Shown: positions 47,952-57,941 of the stretch, piece after piece
How positions within the stretch are numbered: the first letter of the stretch is position 1
Layout of the letters: every line of letters begins with the position of its first letter
From: an uncultured Candidatus Rokubacteria bacterium
GTDB lineage: Bacteria > Methylomirabilota > Methylomirabilia > Rokubacteriales > DASRDR01
Reading direction: 5' to 3'
Assembly (NCBI GenBank): GCA_963826115.1
Contig: CAWGVS010000006.1
Span: forward strand, 384,001-448,000
Length of the DNA stretch: 64,000 nt
Position numbers and translations under genes: made by a program
The notes under the pieces: model-generated
Told to the model about the DNA's origin: nothing
What the model saw: the letters and a program-made list of their open reading frames with translations, nothing else
The model's database searches: none

Positions 47952-50156
47952 ATGACACGCGCGGCCCGGGGGTGGCTGGGCCTCGCCTGGCTGGGCTTCG
48001 CGATCCTCCCGTGGTACGCGCTCCCGGGCGACGGCGTGCTCGCGCCGGGCTGGTTGCTCCACCTGACCGACGCCGCCAACGGGTCCGCGCTGCTGCAGGG
48101 TCTCCTCCACGGACGGCCCTGGCTCCTGCCCGCCGGTCTGTCGCTGCTGCTGCCGTTCCTCGCCTGGCGACGCGAGCGAGAAGACCCGCGCGTCGCCCGG
48201 TGGCTCATCCTGGCGGGCGCCGGCGGGCTCGGGTGGATTGCCGCGCAGGGCTTCGCCATCGGTCACCGTGGCTGGGCTACCGGCTGGCTCGCGGCGCTCT
48301 TCGGCGCGCCGGGGCCGAGTCAGGCCGGCTTCGGCGTGGGGGCCGTCCTGGTCTGTCTGGCGTGCCTCCTGCTGGTGTGCGAGGGGCTGGCGGCGCGCGG
48401 CGTCATGAGGGGCGACGCCTTCCTCACGGGCGCGATCGGTCTCGTGATCGCCCTGGTGGTCGTCTTCGTGTTCTGGCCGGTGGGGACCGTGCTCTCGAGC
48501 GCGGTGCGCGACGACGCCGGGGCCTTCGCGCCGGCCGTGTTCCTGCAGAAGCTGGCGAGCCGCTCGATCTGGGGCCTGGACTGCCTGGTCGGGCCGCTCC
48601 GCTGCGGGGTGGCCTGGAACACGCTGTTCCTCGCGGTGCTGGTCGGCGTGGGCACGACCGTCATCGGCCTCGCCTTCGCGCTGATCGCCACGCGGACCGG
48701 GTTCCGGGCCAAGCCGCTCCTCCGCGCGCTCTCGGTGCTCCCGATCATCACGCCGCCCTTCGTCATCGGCCTCGCCCTGATCCTCCTGTTCGGGCGCGCG
48801 GGGGCGGTCACCGGCATTCTGTCGGACTGGTTCGGTATCCCGCGGACCCGCTGGCTCTACGGGCTGCCGGGCGTCCTGATCGCCCAGCTGCTCGCGTTCG
48901 CGCCGATCGGCTTCCTGGTCCTGATCGGGGTGGTGCAGGGGATCAGCCCGTCCCTCGAGGAGGCGGCGCAGACGCTCCGGGCCAGCCGCTGGACGACGTT
49001 CCGGACCGTGACGTGGCCGCTCCTCCGGCCGGGGGTCGCGAACGCGTTCCTGCTCGGGTTCGTCGAGAGCATGGCCGACTTCGGGAATCCGCTGGTGCTG
49101 TCCGGCAACTACGAGGTCCTGTCCATCCAGATCTTCTTCGCCGTCGTGGGGGCGGCGCACGACCAGGGACGGGCGGCGGTGCTCGCGATCGTGCTGCTCG
49201 TCTTCACGCTGGGGGCCTTCTACGCCCAGCAGCGATGGCTCGGCCGGGTGGCGTACACCACCGTGACCGGCAAGGGCGACGCGGGGCTGCCCGTGCCCCT
49301 GCCGGCGGGCATCCGCTGGGGCTGCTACGCGCTGGCCTTGCCCTGGGGGATCCTGACGGTGGTCATCTACGCGGTCATCGTCGTCGGGGGCTTCGTCCGC
49401 GCCATGGGCCGCGACTACTCGCCGACGCTCCAGCATTTCCTGACGGCCTTCAGCGTCGAGCGCGCCGCGACCGGCGGCCTCCACTTCACCGGGTCGGCCT
49501 GGGACTCCTTCTGGACCACGATCCAGATCGCCGCCATCTCGGCGCCGATCACCGCGGCGTTCGGCATCCTGACCGCCTATCTGCTCGCGCGCCAGCGGTT
49601 CGCCGGGAAGGGCCTGTTCGAGTTCGGGACGATGCTCTCCTTCGCGATTCCGGGGACGGTCATCGGCGTGAGCTACATCCTCGCCTTCAACGTGCCGCCC
49701 ATCGAGATCACCGGGACCGGCCTCATCCTCGTCCTCTGCTTCGTGTTCCGGAACATGCCGGTCGGTGTGCGGGCGGGGATCGCCGCGCTGTCGCAGATCG
49801 ACCGGAGCCTCGACGAGGCCTCGCTGACGCTGGGCGCCCGGACCGGGACGACGATGCGGCGCGTCGTGATGCCGCTCCTCCGCCCGGCCATCGTGGCTGC
49901 GCTCGTCTACAGCTTCGTCCGCGCGATGACCGCGGTGAGCGCGGTGATCTTCCTGGTCAGCGCGCGCTACAACCTCGCCACCGCCTACATCGTCGGCCGC
50001 GTCGAGGCCGGGGAGTTCGGGCTGGCGATCGTGTACTCGTCGGTGCTGATCGTCGTCATGCTGGCGGCGATCCTTCTGATCCAGTGGCTCGTCGGCGAGC
50101 GCCGGCTCGGGCGGCGGGCGCCGGCCGACCTCGGGCTGCAGGCGGCGGGCGGATAG
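47952..50156 (+). CDS. afuB: AfuB-type duplicated ABC permease
   Basis: Two EAA loops (SLEEAAQTLRA and SLDEASLTLGA), IITPPFVIGL and ADFGNPL. Confidence 0.82.
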   Translation: MTRAARGWLGLAWLGFAILPWYALPGDGVLAPGWLLHLTDAANGSALLQGLLHGRPWLLPAGLSLLLPFLAWRREREDPRVARWLILAGAGGLGWIAAQGFAIGHRGWATGWLAALFGAPGPSQAGFGVGAVLVCLACLLLVCEGLAARGVMRGDAFLTGAIGLVIALVVVFVFWPVGTVLSSAVRDDAGAFAPAVFLQKLASRSIWGLDCLVGPLRCGVAWNTLFLAVLVGVGTTVIGLAFALIATRTGFRAKPLLRALSVLPIITPPFVIGLALILLFGRAGAVTGILSDWFGIPRTRWLYGLPGVLIAQLLAFAPIGFLVLIGVVQGISPSLEEAAQTLRASRWTTFRTVTWPLLRPGVANAFLLGFVESMADFGNPLVLSGNYEVLSIQIFFAVVGAAHDQGRAAVLAIVLLVFTLGAFYAQQRWLGRVAYTTVTGKGDAGLPVPLPAGIRWGCYALALPWGILTVVIYAVIVVGGFVRAMGRDYSPTLQHFLTAFSVERAATGGLHFTGSAWDSFWTTIQIAAISAPITAAFGILTAYLLARQRFAGKGLFEFGTMLSFAIPGTVIGVSYILAFNVPPIEITGTGLILVLCFVFRNMPVGVRAGIAALSQIDRSLDEASLTLGARTGTTMRRVVMPLLRPAIVAALVYSFVRAMTAVSAVIFLVSARYNLATAYIVGRVEAGEFGLAIVYSSVLIVVMLAAILLIQWLVGERRLGRRAPADLGLQAAGG

Positions 50157-50167
50157 GCGGGAGCGCG

Positions 50168-51241
50168 ATGGCCAGCGACAACACCGACCGGACCGCCGCC
50201 GTCGAGTTCCGCCGCGTGACCAAGCGCTACGGGACCGTCGTCGCCGTGAACCAGGTGTCCTTCACGATCGAGCGGGCGACGCTCGTCACCTTGCTGGGCC
50301 CGTCCGGCTGCGGCAAGACCACCACCCTCCGTCTCATCGCGGGACTCGAGCTCCCGTCGGAGGGCGAGGTGCGCATCGGCGGGCGGGACGTCACCCGGCG
50401 GCCGGCGACCGAGCGGAACGTGAGCATGGTCTTCCAGTCCTACGCGCTGTTTCCGCACATGAGCGTGCTCGACAACGTCGCCTACGGCCCGGTCGTGGCG
50501 GGCGCGCCGCGAGCCCGCGCGCACGAGCAGGCGCGCGAGAAGCTGGCGCTCGTGGGGCTGACGGGCCTCGACACCCGGCTCCCCTCCGAGCTGTCCGGAG
50601 GCCAGCAGCAGCGGGTCGCCGTGGCCCGCGCGCTCGTCCTCGAGCCGGAGGTGCTGTGCTTCGACGAGCCCCTGTCGAACCTCGACGCGAAGCTCCGGCG
50701 CCGCGTCCGCGAGGACATCCGCGAGCTCCAGCAGCGCCTCGGTCTGACCGTCGCCTACGTGACGCACGATCAGCAGGAGGCGCTCGCGGTCTCCGACCGC
50801 ATCATCGTCATGGATCACGCCGCGATCGCCCAGAGCGGGACGCCGCGGGAGCTCTACGAGGCGCCGGTGAGCCTGTTCGTCGCCGACTTCGTCGGCGACT
50901 CGAACCTCGTCGATGCCGAGCTCACGACGCGGAACGGGGTGGCAGGGCAGGTGCGGGTCGGCGGGGTCGAACTCCGCCTGCCGCACCGGGGCGCGGCGAC
51001 TGGCCCGGTGAAGGTGGCGGTCCGTCCCGAGTCGCTCCGGCTCTCCACCGCGGCGCCGGCGGGGCCCGCGCTCGAGGGGCGCATCGCCAAGGCGGCCTAC
51101 CTCGGCACGCACATGGAGTACACTGTGTCGACGGCCGTCGGGGAGCTCTTCGTGGTCGATCGCGCCGTGTCCCGTCCCGTGGCGGCGGGAACGCCGGTGT
51201 GGGTGGCGTTCGAGGAGCACGGCGTCACCGTCGTCCCCTGA
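50168..51241 (+). CDS. afuC: AfuC-type ABC ATP-binding protein with TOBE domain
   Basis: GPSGCGKT, FQSYALFPH, LSGGQQQR, FDEPLSNLD and VTHDQ. Confidence 0.88.
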   Translation: MASDNTDRTAAVEFRRVTKRYGTVVAVNQVSFTIERATLVTLLGPSGCGKTTTLRLIAGLELPSEGEVRIGGRDVTRRPATERNVSMVFQSYALFPHMSVLDNVAYGPVVAGAPRARAHEQAREKLALVGLTGLDTRLPSELSGGQQQRVAVARALVLEPEVLCFDEPLSNLDAKLRRRVREDIRELQQRLGLTVAYVTHDQQEALAVSDRIIVMDHAAIAQSGTPRELYEAPVSLFVADFVGDSNLVDAELTTRNGVAGQVRVGGVELRLPHRGAATGPVKVAVRPESLRLSTAAPAGPALEGRIAKAAYLGTHMEYTVSTAVGELFVVDRAVSRPVAAGTPVWVAFEEHGVTVVP

Positions 51242-51258
51242 CCCGCGGAGGAGAAACC

Positions 51259-52422
51259 ATGCCGCTGTCCCACATCCGCGTCGTCGACCTCTGCCGCGCC
51301 CGGACCGGCCCCACCTGCATCCGGCAGCTCTCGGAGTTCGGCGCGCAGGTCATCAAGGTCGAGCTGCCCGAGGAGCAGGACGACGACGTCGGCGGCCGGC
51401 ACGGCTTCGACTTCCAGAACCTCCACCCGAACAAGCGGAGCCTCACGCTCAACCTGAAGGCCGAGGCCGGCCGCGAGGTGCTCTACCGGCTGGTCCGCCA
51501 GGCCGACGTCTTCGCCGAGAACTATCGCCCGGGGGTGAAGCACCGCCTCGGGATCGACTACGAGACCCTGTCGGCCATCAACCCCCGGCTCGTCTACGTG
51601 AGCATCTCCGGGTTCGGCCAGGCCGGCCCGTACGCCGACCGGGCGGGGCTCGACCAGATCGCCCAGGGACTCTCGGGCTTCATGACCGTCAATGGCTTCG
51701 CCGGCCAGGGGCCGCTCCGGGCGGGCCTGCCGATCGCCGACCTGACGGCGGGGCTGATGGCGGCCCACGGCGTGATGGTCGCGCTCCTCGAGCGCGAGCG
51801 CTCCGGACGCGGGCAGTGGGTGCACACCTCGCTCCTCCAGGCGATGGTCCGCCTGATGGACCTCCAGGCCGCGCGCTGGCTCATCGGCGGCGAGGTCCCC
51901 GGGCAGGCGGGCAACTACCACCCGGTCGGCGTGCCCACCGGCGTCTTCCGCTGCCGCGACGGCAGCATGATCATCCAGGCCGCCAACAACCGCCTCTACC
52001 AGCGCCTCTGCCGCGCGATCGACGCCCCCGAGCTCATCGACGACCCCCGGTTCGCGACGAGCGATCTCCGGCGCGGGCACCGCGAGGAGATGACGGAGGA
52101 GCTCGAGCGCCGCCTGGTCGCGCGCGACCGGGCGGACTGGCAGGGGCGGTTCGACGAGGCGGGCGTGCCCGCCGGCGCGATCCTCGACGTGAAGCAGACC
52201 TTCGAGGACCCCCAGGTGCGCACGCTGCCCGTGGAGCGGCCGGTGGTGAGCAAGGCCCTCGGGCCGATCCGGCTGGTCGGGCACGGCGTGAACCTCGAGC
52301 GGACGCCGCCCGTCATGCGGTCCGCCGCTCCCGAGCGCGGCGAGCACACGGAGGAGATCCTCCGCGAGCTCGGCTACCGGGACGACGAGGTCCGGGCGCT
52401 CCGCCAGGCGCGCGTCGTCTAG
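51259..52422 (+). CDS. Class III CoA-transferase (CaiB/BaiF family)
   Basis: IRVVDL, GAQVIKVE, NKRSLTLNLK, ENYRPG, SISGFGQAGP and catalytic Asp in PIADLTAG. RBS GGAGGAG. Confidence 0.92.
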   Translation: MPLSHIRVVDLCRARTGPTCIRQLSEFGAQVIKVELPEEQDDDVGGRHGFDFQNLHPNKRSLTLNLKAEAGREVLYRLVRQADVFAENYRPGVKHRLGIDYETLSAINPRLVYVSISGFGQAGPYADRAGLDQIAQGLSGFMTVNGFAGQGPLRAGLPIADLTAGLMAAHGVMVALLERERSGRGQWVHTSLLQAMVRLMDLQAARWLIGGEVPGQAGNYHPVGVPTGVFRCRDGSMIIQAANNRLYQRLCRAIDAPELIDDPRFATSDLRRGHREEMTEELERRLVARDRADWQGRFDEAGVPAGAILDVKQTFEDPQVRTLPVERPVVSKALGPIRLVGHGVNLERTPPVMRSAAPERGEHTEEILRELGYRDDEVRALRQARVV

Positions 52423-52430
52423 GCCCGGCG

Positions 52431-52451
52431 GCGCCGGCGGAACGCCGGCGC
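52431..52451. terminator. Hairpin between convergent CoA-transferase and iolE
   Basis: GCGCCGGCG-GAA-CGCCGGCGC perfect 9-bp stem. Confidence 0.55.
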
Positions 52452-52454
52452 GCA

Positions 52455-53342
52455 CTACATCCGGAGGTCGGCCAGCAGCCGGCTCAGGTGGGCGAAGCCC
52501 ATCCGGGCGTAGGTCAGCGGGTGGGCCTTCTGCGGATCCTGCTCGGCCTCCACGACGAGCCAGCCCGTGTAGCCGGCGCCACGCAGGACCTCGAGCAGCG
52601 CCCGGTAGTCGACGCACCCGTCGCCGGGCACCGTGAAGACGCCGTCCACCACGGCGTCGAGGAAGCTCTGGTCGCGCCGGCGCGCGGTGTCGAGGACGGC
52701 GGGGCGGATGTCCTTGCAGTGCACGTGGGCGATCCGGCTCGCGTGGCGCCGCGCGACGCCGAGCACGTCGCCGCCCGCGTACGTGAGGTGCCCGGTGTCG
52801 AGGAGGAGGCCCACCGCCGGACCGGTCGCGGCCATCAGCCGGTCGATCTCGGCCTCGGTCTCCACGACCGTCCCCATGTGGTGGTGATAGGCGAGCCGCA
52901 TCCCGCGCCCGGCCAGGTGCTCGGCGACCTCGGTCAGCGCCTTGCCGAAGCCGGCCCAGTCCCCGTCGGCCAACCGCGGGCGCGAGGACAGCGGCACGCC
53001 GAGCCGTCCGTGGACGGACCCCGTTCCCTCGGCGAACACCACGGTCGTGGCGCCCAGGGCGGCCAGGAGGCCCGCATGGTCCTGCATCGCGGCGATCTCG
53101 TCCGTCGCGCCGCGGCGGACGAGGTGCGCGTCGTACCAGCCGGACACGAGGTCCAGCTGGTGCCGCTGGAGGACCGCCCGGAGCTCCGCCGGTCGCCGCG
53201 GGAACTTCCGTCCGAGCTCGATGCCGCCATAGCCCGCCCGCCGCGCCTCGTCGAGGCAGGTGTCGAGCGAGATGTCGTCGCCGAGGGTCTCGAGGTCGTC
53301 GTTGGTCCAGCCGATCGGATTGACGCCGATTCGTACGGGCAC
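52455..53342 (-). CDS. iolE: Myo-inosose-2 dehydratase
   Basis: GVNPIGWTNDD, YHHHMGT, LLLDTGH, HVHCKD, FTVPGDG and WLVVEAEQDP. Confidence 0.93.
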   Translation of the reverse strand: MPVRIGVNPIGWTNDDLETLGDDISLDTCLDEARRAGYGGIELGRKFPRRPAELRAVLQRHQLDLVSGWYDAHLVRRGATDEIAAMQDHAGLLAALGATTVVFAEGTGSVHGRLGVPLSSRPRLADGDWAGFGKALTEVAEHLAGRGMRLAYHHHMGTVVETEAEIDRLMAATGPAVGLLLDTGHLTYAGGDVLGVARRHASRIAHVHCKDIRPAVLDTARRRDQSFLDAVVDGVFTVPGDGCVDYRALLEVLRGAGYTGWLVVEAEQDPQKAHPLTYARMGFAHLSRLLADLRM

Positions 53343-53343
53343 G

Positions 53344-55179
53344 CTAGCCTCCGGTTCGCTGACGGCGGCGCGCGACGTCGTAGGCCTGACGCGCCGCCTG
53401 GACCTCGGGTCGGACCGAGACCTCGGGCACCGGGACGTCCCACCACGCGCCGCCGCCGGTGAAGGGCCGGCCCGGGTCGGTCTCGATGACGACCACCGAG
53501 GTGCGGTCGCTCCGCCGTGCCCGCTCGAGGGCGCCCTCCAGGTCCGCGATCGTCTTGACCTGCTCGGCGTGGGCGCCGAGGCTCCGCGCGTGCGCCGCGA
53601 AGTCGACCGCCGGCGCCTCGGGCCCGAGGAGGTTGTTGAACGAGGCGCTCCCGCACGCCTGCTGCAGACGGTTGATGCAGCCGAAGCCGTGGTTGTCGAG
53701 CAGCACGACGACGAGCTTCTGACGCATCGCCACCGACGTGGCGATCTCGGAATTCATCATCAGGTAGCTGCCGTCGCCGACCATCACGAACACCTCGCGG
53801 TCGGGGAGCGCGAGCTTCACCCCGAGGCCGCCGGCGATCTCGTACCCCATGCAGGAGTACCCGTACTCGAGGTGGTAGCCGCGCGGGTCGCGCGTCCGCC
53901 AGAGGCGGCTCAGCTCGCCGGGCAGCCCGCCGGCTGCGCACACGACCACGTCGCGCGGCCCGGCCGCCCGGTTCACGGCGCCGATCACCTGTCCCTCGGT
54001 CGCCGGGACGTCCGCGCCGCCAGCGGTCGCGGCGTCGACCAGGCGGTTCCACTCCGCCGTGAGCCGGCGCGCCGTCTCCATGCGCGTGGCGGGCGCCCGC
54101 CAGCCGCCGAGCGCCGCCGACAGCTCCTCGAGGCCCCGGCGAGCGTCGCCCACCAGGGGCAGGGCGCCGTGCTTCCCGGCGTCGTGCGGGGCGACGTTCA
54201 GCGCCACCAGGGTCAGGCCCGGCCCCTGGAACAGGGCGCGGGAGCCCGAGGGGAAGTCCGCCAGCCGGGTCCCGACCGCGAGCACCAGGTCGGCGTCGGC
54301 CGCGAGCGCGTTCGCGGCGCTCGATCCGCACACCCCGATCGCGCCCACGCACGCCACGTGGTCCCAGGGGAGGGCGCCCTTGCCGGCCTGCGTCTCCGCG
54401 ACCGGGATGCCGTGGCGCTCGGCGAAGGCCCGGAGCGCGCCCTCGGCCAGCGAGTAGTGCACGCCGCCGCCGGCCACGATGAGCGGCCGCTCCGCACGGC
54501 GAAGCCGCTCGACCACCGCCGCGAGCTGCGCCGGGTCGGGACCGGGCCGCGGGAGCCGGTGCACCCGCGGCTCGAAGAAGTGCTCCGGGTACTCGAACGC
54601 CTCGGCCTGCACGTCCTGGGGGAGGGCGAGCGTCACGGGCCCGCAGGCGGCCGGGTCCGTCAGGACGGCCACGGCCGCGGGCAGGCTCTGGAGGAGCTGC
54701 TCGGGCCGCGTGATCCGGTCCCAGAACCGCGAGACGGGCCGGAAGCAGTCGTTCGCGGAGATCGTCGGGTCGCCGAAGTTCTCGACCTGCTGGAGGACCG
54801 GATCCGGGATGCGATTCGCGAAGACGTCGCCGGGCAGCAGGAGCACCGGCAGGCGGTTCACGTGGGCCACCGCCGCCGCCGTCACCAGATTCGTCGCGCC
54901 GGGACCGATCGACGTCGTGCAGGCCATCATGCGGCGCCGCGCGTGCGCCTTCGCGAAGGCGATGGCCGCGTGCGCCATGGCCTGCTCGTTGTGGGCCCGG
55001 AAGGTCGGGAGCCGGGACTGCGCCGCGTGCAGCGCCTCGCCGAGCCCCGCCACGTTGCCGTGGCCGAAGATCGCCCACACGCCCGCGAAGAGCGGCGCCT
55101 CGCCGCCGTCCACCTCGGTCGCCTGCGCGCCGAGGTACCGCACCAGCGCCTGGGCCATCGTCAGCCGAACGGTGCCCAT
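53344..55179 (-). CDS. iolD: 3D-(3,5/4)-trihydroxycyclohexane-1,2-dione acylhydrolase (ThDP-dependent)
   Basis: RLTMAQALVRYL, IFGHGNVAGLG, HNEQAMAH, YHLEYGYSCMGYE, GDGSYLM and WWDVPV. Confidence 0.95.
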   Translation of the reverse strand: MGTVRLTMAQALVRYLGAQATEVDGGEAPLFAGVWAIFGHGNVAGLGEALHAAQSRLPTFRAHNEQAMAHAAIAFAKAHARRRMMACTTSIGPGATNLVTAAAVAHVNRLPVLLLPGDVFANRIPDPVLQQVENFGDPTISANDCFRPVSRFWDRITRPEQLLQSLPAAVAVLTDPAACGPVTLALPQDVQAEAFEYPEHFFEPRVHRLPRPGPDPAQLAAVVERLRRAERPLIVAGGGVHYSLAEGALRAFAERHGIPVAETQAGKGALPWDHVACVGAIGVCGSSAANALAADADLVLAVGTRLADFPSGSRALFQGPGLTLVALNVAPHDAGKHGALPLVGDARRGLEELSAALGGWRAPATRMETARRLTAEWNRLVDAATAGGADVPATEGQVIGAVNRAAGPRDVVVCAAGGLPGELSRLWRTRDPRGYHLEYGYSCMGYEIAGGLGVKLALPDREVFVMVGDGSYLMMNSEIATSVAMRQKLVVVLLDNHGFGCINRLQQACGSASFNNLLGPEAPAVDFAAHARSLGAHAEQVKTIADLEGALERARRSDRTSVVVIETDPGRPFTGGGAWWDVPVPEVSVRPEVQAARQAYDVARRRQRTGG

Positions 55180-55231
55180 CTGGAACCTCCTCCCGGCGCG
55201 TCCCGGGCGCGCCGACGCCCGGAGCCTAGTC

Positions 55232-55261
55232 TTGACGGGCTTTCGCGCGCGATGCTACGGT
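55232..55261 (+). promoter_or_regulatory. Putative sigma70 promoter of the aminotransferase operon
   Basis: TTGACG-18 nt-TACGGT with TGn extension. Confidence 0.5.
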
Positions 55262-55429
55262 CCCGCGCAGGCTAGATGCTTTTGCCGGAGTCCGCAAGCC
55301 TCGGCCAATGCTGGCCCTTGGCAGCGCGCTGAACCCATCCGTCGCGCCACCTGACCCGCTGGCGCTCGCATTTCCATCGGCGTCCGACTCGGTGAGGGAC
55401 AGGCCGACACGCCGGACCACGGAGGACGC

Positions 55430-56704
55430 ATGACCCGCAACGCGACCAAGCTGGCCCTCGACGGCGGGACGCCGGTGCGCAAGGAGCCCATCCTGCCCGG
55501 GTGGCCCGGCGGGCTCCTGATCGGCGCCGAGGAGAAGGCGCAGGTGCTGGAGGTGCTGGAGAGCCAGAGCCTCTACCGGCACTACGGCCCGCATCCCCGG
55601 CACAAGGCGGCGGAGCTCGAGCAGAAGTTCGCGGCGGCGATCGGCGCGCGCCACGCGCTCGCCGTGACGTCGGGGACCGGCGCGCTCCTGGTCGGGCTGG
55701 CCGCCCTCGGCGTCGGGCCCGGCGACGAGGTCATCGTGCCGACCTACACCTGGGTCGCGACGATCAATGCCGTGGTGACGCTGGGCGCGGTGCCGGTCTT
55801 CGTCGACATCGACGAGAGCCTCACGATGGATCCGCGCGCGGCGGAGGCCGCCATCACCGAGGCGACGGTGGCCATCGTGCCGGTGCACATGCGCGGCGCG
55901 GCGGCCGACATCGCCCCGATCCTGGCCATCGCGGCGCGGCGCGGCCTCGCGGTGCTCGAGGACGCCGCCCAGGCGGTCGGCGGCCTCTACCACGGGAAGC
56001 GGCTCGGCACCTTCGGCAAGTTCGGCGCGTTCAGCCTCCAGTACCACAAGACGATCACGACCGGCGAGGGCGGGATGGTCGTCAGCGACGACACCAAGAT
56101 GTTCGAGCGGGCGGTGCGCTACCACGACCAGGGCTCGGTGCGCGTCGAGGAGCTCGATCAGATGATCCCCGAGGAGAGCCCGCTCATCATCGGCGTCAAC
56201 TACCGGATGAGCGAGCTGACCGCCGCGGTGGGGGTCGCCCAGCTCGGCAAGATGGAGTGGATCATCGGCCAGATGCGCTCGCACAAGGCGCGCGCGGCCC
56301 GGGGCCTCGCCGGCATCCCCGGCGTGCGTCTCCGGCCGCTCGCGGACCCCGCGGGGGAGACGGGCGCGACGCTCATCTTCTCGGTGCCGTCGGCCGCCGC
56401 CGCCACGCGGTTCGCCGCCGCGCTCTCGGCCGAGAACGTGAAGGCATCGGTGCCGTGGACGAGCGGGCAGCACGTCTACTACCACTTCGACCAGCTGATC
56501 GAGCGCCGGTTCCTGTCGAAGCGCCACTGCGCGTGGGAGTGCCCGCACTACAAGGGCAAGGCGACCCTGAAGAAGGGACAGTTCCCACGGACCGACGAGA
56601 TCCTCCAGCACGCGGTGCACGTCGACCTCCACCCTCTCCTCGCCGAGTCGGATGTGGACGACATCGTGACCGCGGTCGACAAGGTCGCGGGCGCGATCCT
56701 GTGA
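55430..56704 (+). CDS. DegT/DnrJ/EryC1/StrS family PLP aminotransferase
   Basis: LALDGGTPVR, SGTGAL, GVGPGDEVIVP, EDAAQA, FSLQYHKTITTGEGG (PLP Lys) and NYRMSE. Confidence 0.93.
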   Translation: MTRNATKLALDGGTPVRKEPILPGWPGGLLIGAEEKAQVLEVLESQSLYRHYGPHPRHKAAELEQKFAAAIGARHALAVTSGTGALLVGLAALGVGPGDEVIVPTYTWVATINAVVTLGAVPVFVDIDESLTMDPRAAEAAITEATVAIVPVHMRGAAADIAPILAIAARRGLAVLEDAAQAVGGLYHGKRLGTFGKFGAFSLQYHKTITTGEGGMVVSDDTKMFERAVRYHDQGSVRVEELDQMIPEESPLIIGVNYRMSELTAAVGVAQLGKMEWIIGQMRSHKARAARGLAGIPGVRLRPLADPAGETGATLIFSVPSAAAATRFAAALSAENVKASVPWTSGQHVYYHFDQLIERRFLSKRHCAWECPHYKGKATLKKGQFPRTDEILQHAVHVDLHPLLAESDVDDIVTAVDKVAGAIL

Positions 56705-57843
56705 GCGCGCCCGAGATCGGGATCGGCCTGCTCGGCCCCGCGGGGATCGGGCAGGCGCATGCGCACGCCTACACGCTCGTGCGGCAGGTCCTCTGGCCGC
56801 CGCCGGCGGTGCCCCGCCTCGTGCGGGTGTCCGGGCGGCAGATGGCGAAGGCGGAGCTGACGCGGGCCCGGTACGGATTCGAGCGGGCCGGGGAGCGCTG
56901 GCAGGAGCTGGTGAGCGATCCGGCGGTTCAGGCCCTCGACAACTGCGCGCCCAACCACCTCCACCTCGAGCCCTCGCTGGCGGCGATGCGAGCGGGCAAG
57001 CACGTGTTCTGCGAGAAGCCCCTCGGACGGACCGCGGCGGAGGCGCGGACCTTGCGGGACGCGGCGGTCCAGGCCGGGATCGTTCACATGGTCGGCTTCA
57101 ACTACCGCTTCGTGCCGGCCGTGGCGTTCACGCGCCGTCTGATCGACGAGGGCCGGCTGGGCCGGATCCATCACTTCCGCGCCCGCTTCGCGGACGCCTC
57201 GTTCCTGGACCCCGAGGCGCCGTTCACGTGGCATCAGGACGCAGAGGCGGCGGGATCGAACGCGCTCCTGGATCTCGGGAGCCACCTCATCGACCTCGCG
57301 CGGTTTCTCGTCGGCGAGCCGGCGGCGGTCAGCGGGGCGATCACGACGTTCGTGCCCGAGCGCCCGGACCCGGCGACCGGCCGGCGGCGCCGAGTCGAGA
57401 CGGAGGACGCCTTCGAGGCGACCGTGGAGTTCGCCGGGGGCGCGCTCGGCAGTCTCTCGGGGACGAACATGGCCGCCGGCCGCCGGGCGCACATGACGTT
57501 CGAGCTGAACGGCTCGGGCGGCACGGTGGCGTTCGACCTGGAGCGGCTCAACAGCCTGTCGGTCCACCTGCTCGGCGAGCGTCCGACCGGCGGCGGTCTC
57601 CGGGAGATCCACGTGACGGACGGCGATCACCCGTACGGGGGGGTCTGGTGGCCGCCCGGCCACTCGATCGGCTGGGAGGCCTCGCTCGTCCACGAGCTCG
57701 GCCACTTCCTCGGCGCCGTCGCCAACCGCCGCTCGGCGGGGCCGCTCGGCGCGACGTTCGAGGACGGCTACCGCTGCGCGGTGGTGTGCGACGCGATCCT
57801 CGAGGCCGCGCGCACCGGCCGGCGCATCGAGGTGCGCGAGTGA
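56701..57843 (+). CDS. Gfo/Idh/MocA family oxidoreductase
   Basis: IGLLGPAGIG, KHVFCEKP, GFNYRF, DLGSHLID and WWPPGHSIGWE. GTG coupled to the previous stop. Confidence 0.92.
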   Translation: MSAPEIGIGLLGPAGIGQAHAHAYTLVRQVLWPPPAVPRLVRVSGRQMAKAELTRARYGFERAGERWQELVSDPAVQALDNCAPNHLHLEPSLAAMRAGKHVFCEKPLGRTAAEARTLRDAAVQAGIVHMVGFNYRFVPAVAFTRRLIDEGRLGRIHHFRARFADASFLDPEAPFTWHQDAEAAGSNALLDLGSHLIDLARFLVGEPAAVSGAITTFVPERPDPATGRRRRVETEDAFEATVEFAGGALGSLSGTNMAAGRRAHMTFELNGSGGTVAFDLERLNSLSVHLLGERPTGGGLREIHVTDGDHPYGGVWWPPGHSIGWEASLVHELGHFLGAVANRRSAGPLGATFEDGYRCAVVCDAILEAARTGRRIEVRE

Positions 57844-57941
57844 CGAGCGTCTCGATCGCGCCGTCGGGCCGGCGTGGCCACCGACCGGGGCCGTCGGCCG
57901 CCACCTGACCGTCGAGTCGACGCTCGCCACTGGAGGACGGA

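Noticed and set aside
47972-51241. 1089-aa ORF suggesting a giant ABC ATPase fusion
   Set aside because: Only the part from ATG 50168 is ATPase. The rest is an Arg/Gly-rich alternative frame over afuB.
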